A stretch of 64,000 nucleotides of DNA, taken from a virus. The first letter of the stretch is position 1. The number at the start of each line of letters is the position of its first letter. The notes below the pieces were generated by a model. The model saw only the letters and a program-made list of their open reading frames with translations, was not told the DNA's origin and made no database searches. Shown in pieces: positions 16,502-26,647 of this stretch. The position numbers and the translations under genes are program-made. The stretch is taken from the IMG/VR virus record IMGVR_UViG_3300011118_000005, positions 2,682 through 66,681 of that record; one strand, given 5' to 3'.

Positions 16502-17572
16502 TTATTCGTCATCCCTAGCCCCTTTCCGACTCCGGTAATCCACGCTTACCGATTTCAGAATTATGCGGTTTCCACGGTAGTCAATTGTCTCCTTGACTGG
16601 CTTGATAACGCACCCTTCGCGGCCCTTGAACTTACACCTCACCTCCTCGAATTTTGTATTGCCGTATGTGTACTCATCGACTTTCTCCTTTGAGAACGGC
16701 CCACGATAAAGCTCTGGAACCATAGGAATCCCATGCGACGAGCATACCAAACACATATCATTATAGTCCATGTATTTTCCGTCTATCGAGATATCGAACA
16801 CACGCATCTGTGGCGTCTCGATTCCGTAATCCAAATCCTGGATACCAGGACCGAAGATTTCACCATAAACAACTGCGCCTTCTGACGCATGTAGGCTGGA
16901 TAGCAAGCCTTCAATTTCATGTGTCATGTATTTCCAATAGAGTCCAGGCCCCTCCTTACGTCGAATCTTGTGTGAGCCAGCGGCGTAGTTCCAAACATGG
17001 CCATCCGGTGTATAGTCCAGGATCAAGCCAAGTCTCACATTGGTCCCATGAATCTTTTCGGTGATTACCACCATGATCCCATCCTCGATGAGGTTTGGAT
17101 ACCGCTGAAAAGATTCAATGTTAGTGTACCTCGGAAAATTGTACGATTCCTGCTCAGCGTCTCCGGCACCAACACGCACAGGAGGGATGTACTTCTTGGC
17201 ACCGAAGTAGTCAGTGGCATCCCGGCCCCACTCGCCCGGCCCATTGATCTGCTCGCCAAATTCATGTACCGGAACCAGGAAGCCATGACTCGGCAGCCCA
17301 CGGAGACGGCAGGCCCCAACTCGACATTGGCTCTTACCCTTGTCTCCTGGAAACGTAGCGTGCTTGAGATACTTCTCCACGCCCAGCTTGATTGCCACCT
17401 CTTCGGGAAGCAAGATATCTGGAGGGAAGTAAACAGCGGCATCACCAACCTTAAAATTATCTCGGCCAGTGACTACTTGGTATCCAAGCACCTGAACCAC
17501 ATCCAAACGATCAGCATCAGGATGGTGCTTGACCTCATTGACTCGCTCTACGCTAATTATCGTTTTGCTCAT
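16502..17572 (-). CDS. ATP-dependent RNA ligase, DRB0094-type
   Basis: N-terminal HPDADRLD...RLRGLPSHG domain; TEKIHGTN motif I, YGEIFG, VFDI, REGCVIK, ILKSVS. Confidence 0.9.
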   Translation of the reverse strand: MSKTIISVERVNEVKHHPDADRLDVVQVLGYQVVTGRDNFKVGDAAVYFPPDILLPEEVAIKLGVEKYLKHATFPGDKGKSQCRVGACRLRGLPSHGFLVPVHEFGEQINGPGEWGRDATDYFGAKKYIPPVRVGAGDAEQESYNFPRYTNIESFQRYPNLIEDGIMVVITEKIHGTNVRLGLILDYTPDGHVWNYAAGSHKIRRKEGPGLYWKYMTHEIEGLLSSLHASEGAVVYGEIFGPGIQDLDYGIETPQMRVFDISIDGKYMDYNDMCLVCSSHGIPMVPELYRGPFSKEKVDEYTYGNTKFEEVRCKFKGREGCVIKPVKETIDYRGNRIILKSVSVDYRSRKGARDDE

Positions 17573-17786
17573 TGTCCTCTTCCTCCAAGCAGCACATGGC
17601 CTCTTGAAATTCTCGGTCTTCTGAGAAAAAGTCTCCGTCATCCCAGTCGTGTGACCTCAGCGACCGAATCAAATCCTCATAGATCCCTTCGCGAAGCATT
17701 GGGCTATCTACCCACATATTGATAGACTTAATCATATCTTCAGCTATATCATGCCCGCCTTGCCATCCCATTTTGCTCTCCTTTGA

Positions 17787-18047
17787 TTACCAGTTGTCAC
17801 CATGTAATTCTACCATTTGGTTACATGCTTGGCTGTAACCTTCCCAGTTATCGTACCCTGCGGCACCCAAACACATAAACCAGTCTCTGTCAAGCTGCTG
17901 TTCTTTCTTGACCTCAACCAGAACCTCAACTACTTTGACTAATAATTCATCCATCTGTTCTGCTGTCATGGCCCAACACAAGCCAGTTTGTTCCTCACAC
18001 ATATTGATGGCTTTGTTGATACTCTCTAACGGTTCCTTGCTACTCAT
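17787..18047 (-). CDS. hypothetical protein (tandem paralogue)
   Basis: SKEPLESINKAI...QQLDRDW. Confidence 0.6.
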   Translation of the reverse strand: MSSKEPLESINKAINMCEEQTGLCWAMTAEQMDELLVKVVEVLVEVKKEQQLDRDWFMCLGAAGYDNWEGYSQACNQMVELHGDNW

Positions 18048-18325
18048 AATTTCTCCAGTTTGTTGTTATTTCCTTGACGTTTGGACACTTCTGTCATAGC
18101 ATTATGGTATCCTTTCCATCCTGAATGTGCTAAACATTTGCACCAATTTACTGTGTCAATGTCTCTCTGCTGTTCGTCTCTAATATCAAGCAGTGTACCT
18201 AACATAATTTCAATTGTTTCTTCTACTGCATCAGGTGACATGATGCAAGTGAGCCCAAAAACATCACGGCAGGTAGTAATGGCCTTGTTGACGTTCTCTA
18301 ATGGTTCCTTGGTCAGGTATCTCAT
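18044..18325 (-). CDS. hypothetical protein (tandem paralogue)
   Basis: TKEPLENVNKAI...QQRDID. Confidence 0.6.
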   Translation of the reverse strand: MRYLTKEPLENVNKAITTCRDVFGLTCIMSPDAVEETIEIMLGTLLDIRDEQQRDIDTVNWCKCLAHSGWKGYHNAMTEVSKRQGNNNKLEKL

Positions 18326-19532
18326 GGCTTCTCAGCATTACTTCAAATGTGGATAGATATACTTTTTACAAAACTCTTCAAATACAGGACTCCGTTCGCA
18401 ATCTTTGATCTCAAACTTTATCGGTAGTGGCCCTGTGTTCACTCGCTCCCAGCAATCCGCACAGCATCTCCAAACGCTCCCGTCTAAGTCCCACCTCGCC
18501 GCAAGCGTCGTTTTGATCTGGTTGCATCTCTTGCAGAAACCTTCTTTCTCCTCGAAAGGGGAGAACAAGTCTTCGCCCATTTCTTGATCTCCCGCTCGGC
18601 GGCGAGGCGTGTGCGGTACGTTCTCATGTGGACAATCATCCTCCACCCAGACAACTCCGAGAGACGCAGAGCATAGTAACGTGTTGGACCCCCTAATAGG
18701 CACTCCAATTCTTGAACCCTGAACTGGCCGCACTTTGACTCCCAGGTCATTCTGTTGGTTGTACATGTTTTATCTCTACGACCTCTTTTGTACTCAATCA
18801 TTTCTTGAAAACATTTCTGGTTTGTGTTCTTCCGCGAGCGACCTCATTTTTATGGGATCTATGTCCTTTGTATATTCTCTTTCTCCATAATAACCATACT
18901 GACCAATTATGGTGTAGAATCCATACACATTGTTGTCCTTATGAAGTGACCGGTCGATGTAGTGGCAGATATCCGTTTCCTTAGCCAATGTCATTCCATG
19001 ATAAGGGCCACCGTACAGATAGTATTTATACTCAGTCTTGTTCATCACAAGGGTCCAACTTGAGTTGGTTCATCCGATAAGCCTGTCGGACGAACACAAG
19101 AGCCATATCTTTTTCTGTGCCCCAGTATTCTTCATCTTTTGTATTATCCATTGTGCCCAGGACTGCGTCACACAGTAATCCAACTTTTGTTTCCGTTAGC
19201 CATTTGCGAAAGAGTTTCTTGTCATGTTCCTCGGCTGTTATTTGATTCTCAAATATTTCTCCGTCACCTGTCCTGTAAACTGTAGCTATCATTTTTCTGC
19301 CTTTGATCGAAGGAATCGAGTCACGTCACGTAGATAGTATCCATACTCACAAAATGTTTGCCCAGTCATAAAATGCGTCCAGGCTTCCTCGGCTTCTGGG
19401 AACCATGTATCTATCCAATCCAGCGGTATGGTCAGGCCAACGCTCTCATGAATCTGCAAGATAGTGAGAATGGTTCCACCGCGCTCAAAATCTTCGCAGT
19501 CTCGTTCAATTAAATCCAACACTTCTTGGGCT

Positions 19533-19838
19533 TTAGCCGGAGTAATCAATTGTAATCTCCTGTCCTGGTTTTATCGGCTTGATAACCTGTAACTCAAAGC
19601 ACCCCTTGTCTTCCCACAATTCCGCATTTGGGTTATCTGAGTGGTTCAAAAAAGCAAATGGTGAGAAGAACTCATAGGCTTTTCCGTCTTGATCATAAGC
19701 CGCTCTAGGGCCGGGCTTTTTTGTCACATAGCTTGGTATATGGAAGAATTGTCCAGGGCTCAACTGCACCCAGGCAAAGACGCCCTTGCCATGAATTTTA
19801 CTTCTACTCACATAAGCTGCGCTGGTATGCGGTATCAT
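19533..19838 (-). CDS. minimal SET-domain methyltransferase
   Basis: SKIHGKGVFA, FLNHSDNPNA, IKPGQEITIDY. Confidence 0.85.
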   Translation of the reverse strand: MIPHTSAAYVSRSKIHGKGVFAWVQLSPGQFFHIPSYVTKKPGPRAAYDQDGKAYEFFSPFAFLNHSDNPNAELWEDKGCFELQVIKPIKPGQEITIDYSG

Positions 19839-19849
19839 TTTCTGTCACA

Positions 19850-20497
19850 TTACCCAAAGTCGTATAATTCTAATCCCGTTAGCAACCAATCATTTGTATC
19901 CTCATGATACGCCCAGTTCCACGGGCGGGGGACCAACAAGGCGCATCCACCAGTCAGGGATTTGTCCTTTTTGTATATGAAATTCATGCAGTTTTCAGCG
20001 GAGTCATCAATTAACAGCACTCCAGGCTGCGCTAACCACTCTTTGCGAGGAGTCACCGAATACTGGCGCTGACACCATGATGGCAGATTCTTATCCATCC
20101 AATCATATTTTCCGGCCAAACAGTCTCCACATTTGGTAGGTGCAGTAGCAATCTGCACGTTTTCCCTACCCACTAAACGAGCACAATTATCCAGGAGCCA
20201 AAATTGCTCACTCTTGGGGGCAATGGCCCACATTCGGCGGCTAACTTTCTCCCACCACTCTGGCACCGGAATCGGATCTTCCCCGGTCATTTGACTCCAA
20301 GCTGCAACAATATCATATCCAACTTCTGTGGGATACTTATCATAGTCCATAGGCCCGCATTTTGCCCCGTAAGCCCCCAACAGGTGCATCGTAAGGCTGT
20401 TTAGCGTATCATCAAGATCAAGAACAATCCGTTCGATTTTCTTCTTTTGCCGCTGACGCTCCTCGGCCTCACAAACTATTCCAGGCATGTGTTCCAT
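19850..20497 (-). CDS. HAD-family 5'(3')-deoxyribonucleotidase-like protein
   Basis: LDLDDTL, IATAP, GKYDW, LLIDDS, PRPWN. Confidence 0.8.
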   Translation of the reverse strand: MEHMPGIVCEAEERQRQKKKIERIVLDLDDTLNSLTMHLLGAYGAKCGPMDYDKYPTEVGYDIVAAWSQMTGEDPIPVPEWWEKVSRRMWAIAPKSEQFWLLDNCARLVGRENVQIATAPTKCGDCLAGKYDWMDKNLPSWCQRQYSVTPRKEWLAQPGVLLIDDSAENCMNFIYKKDKSLTGGCALLVPRPWNWAYHEDTNDWLLTGLELYDFG

Positions 20498-21494
20498 TAT
20501 TGGTTCCTCAGTAATTGAAGTTGCTGTCTTTATAGTGTTTGCCAGCTAGATACCCGGCTTGATAAGAATCATTTTTCTCTCGTTCAAGGATTAGTTCGCA
20601 GTCTTCCTGGAGGTTGTAGATTTTGGTGATAAACTCTTCGTCGATTCCGACGTTCTCTATTTCTTCGATGAAGCCCTCAAATAAGTCAGTCAACATTGTA
20701 TGCACCTGCCTTGCCGCTCTGCGCTCCATACAGTGTAGCGTACATCAAATCTTTGAAAATGCTCTGGGCTGCTAGATTGGGTGAGGGTTTTTCCTTTTTT
20801 GCATCCTCCATGCCTTCCTGATACCCGGCTACAAAGTTTAAGGCCGAAATAATAACCTCATGTATTTCGGCAGAAAAACAAGAAGTACCTATCCGCAATT
20901 CAAATGTTCCTTTAACAAATGTTGAGGGATGTAGAACAGGTGTCGGGAGATCGCAAGACTCGCATTTTTTAACCAATTCGTCCCAATCTTCTCTAGCTGG
21001 ACTCATTCAAATATTCCTTACAGTAATTGATGCACATTTGTACCGAAGTGTCAATGTCATAGTAGCATCTGTTGTAGTGGTCTGGGATTTCCACAATAGT
21101 CACCCACATTTTCATTATCAGACGAGGCTCAGGAAACCCGCACTCATCACACAATTGTTTCAGTTCTTCCCATTTATCCATTCTGAATCCTGGCACCCTG
21201 TCTCATAACCTGACTTATACTCTGTAAGATCGTCGTGGGCTTTATCGGCGGCACCTTGAGCGTACCCTTTTTGATAGCCTTCTTCATGGCAAACATCCTT
21301 GGCCTCAGATAGCCCGTCACAATGGCCATCGCTGTATCCTTCTTCCGAGCCGAGATCCCAGGCGTCCCGCCAAATGAGCCTAAAGTTGTCAATCTGACTT
21401 GCCAAGGCCAAATTTTTTGACAGCAACTCGGCAAATCTTGCCTCGAACAGATCTTCGCCTTCAAGATAAATTTTCATAATAGTCTCCTACTGTT

Positions 21495-21522
21495 ATTATA
21501 CATCGCCCGCCAAGGTTGTCAA
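21495..21522 (-). promoter_or_regulatory. sigma70-type promoter
   Basis: TTGACA-16bp-TATAAT then AGGAG RBS of 21160-21477. Confidence 0.65.
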
Positions 21523-21672
21523 GTGTTTTCTTCCAAATTTGGCAAACAATCGTGGCAAATAAAATTCTCCCAGGGCAGTAACCATCTATCGCAAGTGTCG
21601 CATTTCATAGATAGCTCACATTCCTCACAGAACTCCCAGAAACCTCCAATAGGCTTGCCGCATTTCTTGCAT

Positions 21673-22146
21673 TTAGACACGTTCGACTCCGATCTTGTAC
21701 TCGAACTGGATAATGTCCAGCAGCCCGCCACGGTTGGGGGCAATACGGCTTCTGGCCATCTCTATGAAATACTTGGCATCTCTCCAGGCTCCCAGCTTAC
21801 CATGATCCACAGGATACTCAGCCTCAAACTTCCACTCTCCCCACTGGTCTGATCCCCATTTGGTGCGTTCCATCGCCACCCATTTGTATCTAGTCTTGGG
21901 GTAGGGCACACAGTAATCGTAATGATTGCTTTTGACAAGATTCCACACCCACCGAGGGGTATCGTGGTCCCTGCACTCCTGTCTAGTAAACCATGACTTA
22001 CCGCACTTCGGGCAAAAGCACCACCCGCTGATAGGGTCTCCTCGCACCTCCACAGAACGCTCGCACCAGTTGCAAATGTAAATGGCGCAACCATCACTCG
22101 TGTGCTGGTATCGTCGGTACTGTCCAGCTAGTGTGGGCGTTCTCAT
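21673..22146 (-). CDS. zinc-ribbon hypothetical protein
   Basis: CNWC...FCPKCG. Confidence 0.55.
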   Translation of the reverse strand: MRTPTLAGQYRRYQHTSDGCAIYICNWCERSVEVRGDPISGWCFCPKCGKSWFTRQECRDHDTPRWVWNLVKSNHYDYCVPYPKTRYKWVAMERTKWGSDQWGEWKFEAEYPVDHGKLGAWRDAKYFIEMARSRIAPNRGGLLDIIQFEYKIGVERV

Positions 22147-22385
22147 ATTCTATATTCGTCACGCTCTCGGCGCGTCGCCTCAAGGTCGAACACTAGATAT
22201 TTCGTTTGCATCCGTAGGTCGCTCAGCGCTTCCTGGATCAAATGCAGAATCCGTTTCCTGCGCATGACGCCATCTTGGACTCTATCTAATGCAGGCATTA
22301 AATGCTTTCGCCAATTTGCCGGGAGGTCCGCCATAGCTTCCTGCAAAGCTACAAGATCTTTCGGCAGTTCTCGATATTCATTCAT
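22143..22385 (-). CDS. small helical protein of a Planctomycete-type family (often annotated transcriptional regulator)
   Basis: RRKRILHLIQEALSDLRMQTKYLVFDLEATRRERDE; family recalled, not searched. Confidence 0.65.
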   Translation of the reverse strand: MNEYRELPKDLVALQEAMADLPANWRKHLMPALDRVQDGVMRRKRILHLIQEALSDLRMQTKYLVFDLEATRRERDEYRI

Positions 22386-23050
22386 TCTACTTTAAGTATA
22401 CCATCAAACTTAGCCAAGTCAAATCCTTTGAGGAATTTATTTATCTTTGCGGCAGTAGGGCAATAGCTCTCCTCATCATCAGTACCTGTGAGGGTTCCAA
22501 CAAGGAGACCCACACTCACTGCCGGTCCTCCAGACATGCCATCGATTGAGGTTCCCTTGACACTAAAGGCCCTTTCATCCCCATCTCCTTTCTGTGAAAA
22601 ATCATACCACTTATAAAATTCTGATTGCAGACTCATGAAGTGCTTCCCGTATGCAAATCCCATGACGGAAATTGAATCACCTTCCTTTGGATCTGTTTTT
22701 GCTATCTTTACGATAGGCAGAAGGACTGGCGCAATTTCCAATAAAGCCAAATCTTGCATCTTATCTTGTTTGACGATCTCGGCTTTAACCACAGTGCCGC
22801 CCAGCATAATTACTCGGATATCTTCTGTTGAGATTCCAACGAAAAGATGGTTGCACGTGAGAACAAGATCCCTTCTAATCAATGCGCCGGAACCAGAATC
22901 AAACCCTCTTCCATAATGTGCTTCTATTTTAACAGCGTACCCAGGCTGAAAAACAGGTACCGGTTTTGGATTTTCACCAAATGCCGTTACAGCATAGGAT
23001 AAAAAGTAAAGCCCTAAAAGTACAAAAGCAATCCTCTGACAAATTTTCAT
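22382..23050 (-). CDS. secreted trypsin-like serine protease
   Basis: Signal peptide; GSG, LTCNH, DLALL, GMSGGP. Confidence 0.85.
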   Translation of the reverse strand: MKICQRIAFVLLGLYFLSYAVTAFGENPKPVPVFQPGYAVKIEAHYGRGFDSGSGALIRRDLVLTCNHLFVGISTEDIRVIMLGGTVVKAEIVKQDKMQDLALLEIAPVLLPIVKIAKTDPKEGDSISVMGFAYGKHFMSLQSEFYKWYDFSQKGDGDERAFSVKGTSIDGMSGGPAVSVGLLVGTLTGTDDEESYCPTAAKINKFLKGFDLAKFDGILKVE

Positions 23051-23051
23051 T

Positions 23052-23789
23052 TTATTTCTCCAGTATAATTATTGGGGTATCAAACTCCTCGGCCAAATGG
23101 CCGCAATATGTATCCGAGATCTCATACATGGTCACATCCAATCCCTTACCTTCGGCAGCCCGACCCATCGTACCAGTACCAGCAAATAGGTCGGCAACCC
23201 TGTCTCCTGGCATACAAGAGAAGTCCAGGCATCGCTCATAGAGTGCTTCATTTAGTTGAGTATTGTGCCACTTTCGTCGTTGCTTAGAGTTTCCTGTGAC
23301 ACGGTGGATGGCCCAAACATCTGGTGGAATCTTTCCTCTTGGGTCCGCTCGTTTGTCCCCCATCTTTTGTCTCTCGGATTCAATACGTACTGCATCTGGG
23401 TAGGTGACAGCGCCTTCCCGCATAAGTCGTACCAGCGGCCTGAAGCATCGACTGAAATCATTACGCATGTTGTAGCCAAAGGTGACGTACTGCATAAACC
23501 AACGAATTTCAACTTCTTCATCGTGGAACCACCACTCATTTTCTTTGTTCTCCAGAATGGAACCCATGAGTCCAATATTATTAGGATTGATTGAGACCCA
23601 TAGGATATCGCACACACCAATTGCTTGCAGCGTATGAGCAAGCAATTCACGGTACATCTCAGGGGACAAGGTATCTTCGTAGTCCTCATACGACAAGTCA
23701 ATATTGTCAGGAGGATCTGCAAAAATCATTTTATATTTTTCGCCCGACTCCCAGAGGCGGTCACGAAAGTCACAGTTATAAAGTCGCAT
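23052..23789 (-). CDS. N4/N6 DNA methyltransferase (beta class)
   Basis: ADPPD motif IV variant; DVW...HNTQ; DLFAGTGT motif I. Confidence 0.85.
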   Translation of the reverse strand: MRLYNCDFRDRLWESGEKYKMIFADPPDNIDLSYEDYEDTLSPEMYRELLAHTLQAIGVCDILWVSINPNNIGLMGSILENKENEWWFHDEEVEIRWFMQYVTFGYNMRNDFSRCFRPLVRLMREGAVTYPDAVRIESERQKMGDKRADPRGKIPPDVWAIHRVTGNSKQRRKWHNTQLNEALYERCLDFSCMPGDRVADLFAGTGTMGRAAEGKGLDVTMYEISDTYCGHLAEEFDTPIIILEK

Positions 23790-24743
23790 CAGTCACAGTC
23801 CCCTTGGATTCGATGGATAACATTTTCAACTTCATCTCTTTCTTCTCGGCTTACAGAATAAAGGAGTTCCCACAAAGCGTCAATGATCAAATTGAAATCT
23901 TCTTCGCTTATACTGATTACTCTATTCATAATATCTCCGCAAAATCTATTGCTCGGTCCCACATGTAGGATGTGGGTTCAAACCTAGCACAAGGTGACAT
24001 CCTTTCAGAGTAGGCATATAATTCGTCATTGAAATGAGGATCAAATGTGCATCCAAAGTCAATCAACGTAGTATAATTCCATGGATATAATAGCAGTTTT
24101 TCTCCACCATGATTGGTACAATTCTTATACCGAATCTTCAGTAGACAGTAGCCACGAACATCCTGATGCTTCAGAATTTCATAATCAGACATATCCGGCA
24201 CCCCGGAATCAGAACTACTCTTTTTCATGCAACCCATTACTTATACCTTTCGACCAGGATGCGACTCAAGGTACAAATGGCAAACAATGACATTTGCCTC
24301 ATGATGTTAATGTCAACCTCGACAGTCTTCTCCTCTTTCTCAGGATCGGTCTTCATCATTGTTGCATAAGCCTCCAGGATGCTCTCAAGCTGTCCCGAAT
24401 CCAGATCTTTCACGTAGGACTTGGCCGACTTATTCATGTCAATCCCTAGCTTGTAGAAGGCGTCCCGCCTTGCTTTCTTCTGTTGCCTCACATTCAATTT
24501 ATTCTTCGCTACTGGAATCGGCTGATTCATCGGATACCTTTCTGGTTACAATATGAAGTTCGGCAGCCCAATCGCCGGGCTCAATCGAACAGTCTGCATC
24601 ATAAAATGAAATCACAAATGTGGCGCTCGGCAACCCCCTCTGCTCTGCGTCATTTGAACAGGCATTGGCCAAATCAACAAGACCTTGCCTAATGGATTCA
24701 TTGTCGCCAAAAGCCATGATTCTGTCTACACAATCTTGATGGA

Positions 24744-25232
24744 TCAAAATACACTCCTTTCAAACACGTATGCGTCCACAGATTCTCCATACATGATGCC
24801 GTAGTTGTTAATAACCTCTCCAGTCGGATTAAACCCGACCTTATTCAGGAATCCAACCACATTGTCAGGATCATCTGGGATGCAATGTAATTCTGGCACA
24901 CTAATCTGAATCTTGTTTGCCTTTTGACGGCGAGCGTCTTGAACACAACTGTCTATCAAAATCCTGGCCAATCCTTTGCGCCGATAGTGTGGCAAAATAC
25001 CTAGACGAAGAAATTTGACAATTTGATCATTTATATGTTGCCACATTGCAAAACCAACAGGCTTTCGGGCCAACTCCATTACCACCACTCTAGGCTCTCT
25101 GCTGCGCCCTGAACCGTTCACCAGAGCCTGCCAATTCTCAATCGATAGAGGATAATTGTACGTCTTGATATCGAGAGCCACCAAAGTGTTAATATCAGTT
25201 GGTCTAGATAACCTTATGAGGGGCTCGTTCAT
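24744..25232 (-). CDS. GNAT acetyltransferase
   Basis: LGILPHYRRKGLAR acetyl-CoA loop; FLNKVGF. Confidence 0.85.
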   Translation of the reverse strand: MNEPLIRLSRPTDINTLVALDIKTYNYPLSIENWQALVNGSGRSREPRVVVMELARKPVGFAMWQHINDQIVKFLRLGILPHYRRKGLARILIDSCVQDARRQKANKIQISVPELHCIPDDPDNVVGFLNKVGFNPTGEVINNYGIMYGESVDAYVFERSVF

Positions 25233-26209
25233 TTGAATTTATATCCTTCCTCTCTAGCAGACCTAAGTGCCGGATGCAGATCGATGGGCATCCGTGCCTG
25301 TCTGTCTAGCAACTCGCATAATTCATCAGACTCCTCCCGAGTCATGTCATCAAAGATGTGACCACTTTTTATTGTAGCCCAACAGGTTGTGATTCTGGTC
25401 AACAAGGAATCCTGGTAGGCTTCGCTGACGCGATTCATGTGTGTGGCAAATTTGGCGCGGGGCAGGTCGCGAGTTTTTACAGGTCGGCAAGCAATCTGCT
25501 CCATCCGCACAACAAAGTTCTCAGAGCCAACAGGCTCTCCCAGAAGCCAAGCATAAATAGCCAACTGGTCGGCCCAGTAGTCACACTTCTCTTCAAGATA
25601 CAAATCCTCCACCATAACATCCTTGTAGGCATCGCCACGGTAATTCTTGTACGGCTTCCCATTGGTAGTTGAATTATAAATATCCCTGGCAATCTGGTAT
25701 CCTTTGAACGGAGAGGCTCCATATTTTGAAGTAGACCCATTGACCTTCCAGTCAGTGACTACATGCACTTCTTGCTTGGTGATGTACCGAAGGTCAGGCT
25801 TGCCGAGCATAGGTACTCCCTCGATTTCTCCTTCGACTGTGAACTCCATTTCAGGGGCATAAGGACTCCTGGATATGTCTGCAAGGAGGGCACCGTAACT
25901 TCCACACTCGACGTATTGCTGGAAGAGATCCTCACCTCGTTCCCTGGCAATGTCTCGAACAAATTCTTCGACTTGGGACTCGAATATAGTTTCGCGATCA
26001 TACATTGTTCCTTTCGTGGCCTCAGCACCAAAAATATCTGAATGAATTTGATGCTTAACAAAACCATCAAAGGCCGAACCTACAGCCATGAATGTTTCTT
26101 GTGGCGGTCTCTGCGTCTTAACGTCACACAGATATCGCTCATAAAATTCTCGACGATTTTTCTCAAACTTGGCCAAGCTAGATGGCGATAAGTATTTGGG
26201 TGTTCTCAT
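25229..26209 (-). CDS. PD-(D/E)xK exonuclease (RecB/Cas4-like)
   Basis: YLSPSSL, E...GKPD...TDWKV, QLAIY. Confidence 0.75.
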   Translation of the reverse strand: MRTPKYLSPSSLAKFEKNRREFYERYLCDVKTQRPPQETFMAVGSAFDGFVKHQIHSDIFGAEATKGTMYDRETIFESQVEEFVRDIARERGEDLFQQYVECGSYGALLADISRSPYAPEMEFTVEGEIEGVPMLGKPDLRYITKQEVHVVTDWKVNGSTSKYGASPFKGYQIARDIYNSTTNGKPYKNYRGDAYKDVMVEDLYLEEKCDYWADQLAIYAWLLGEPVGSENFVVRMEQIACRPVKTRDLPRAKFATHMNRVSEAYQDSLLTRITTCWATIKSGHIFDDMTREESDELCELLDRQARMPIDLHPALRSAREEGYKFK

Positions 26210-26647
26210 TATTTTCTCCTTTTAACCAAGTCGACCATAACATCTAATGAAAATCGATAACCAGGAAGTGCTGCGTCATAGTGACAACTATATCTAACAG
26301 GCAGGATTTCATGAAATACTTTTTGTATACGCATACGGCCAACTGCCTCAAAATTATATGAAACAATAAAATCACAATTGTTCATAAATTCAGCTAGCTG
26401 ACGTAATGCAGGTAATATATATTCTTCATAGAAGATATAGTATCCGTCTTCTCTTTTTACCAGAGCTTGGCTATCATGCTCTGACAAACCCCATTGACAA
26501 TACAAATGATCTCCAGGCTTTTCGCTATCAGAAAACATCTTTTTTTGAGTCTCTTCAGGACACCTGATCACTGGCACCTTAACCAGCTTCAAAAGTTCAT
26601 CGGCCAAATTCAATCTCATACCATCTAATGCCAAAAAATCAGTCACT

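Noticed and set aside
16997-17722. 241-aa plus-strand ORF (and similar antisense ORFs at 28261, 37685, 39277, 47418)
   Set aside because: Antisense shadows of well-supported genes, with no motifs.
25229-26209. Cas4 implying a CRISPR system
   Set aside because: No four-Cys Fe-S pattern or other cas genes; stand-alone PD-(D/E)xK nucleases are common in phages.
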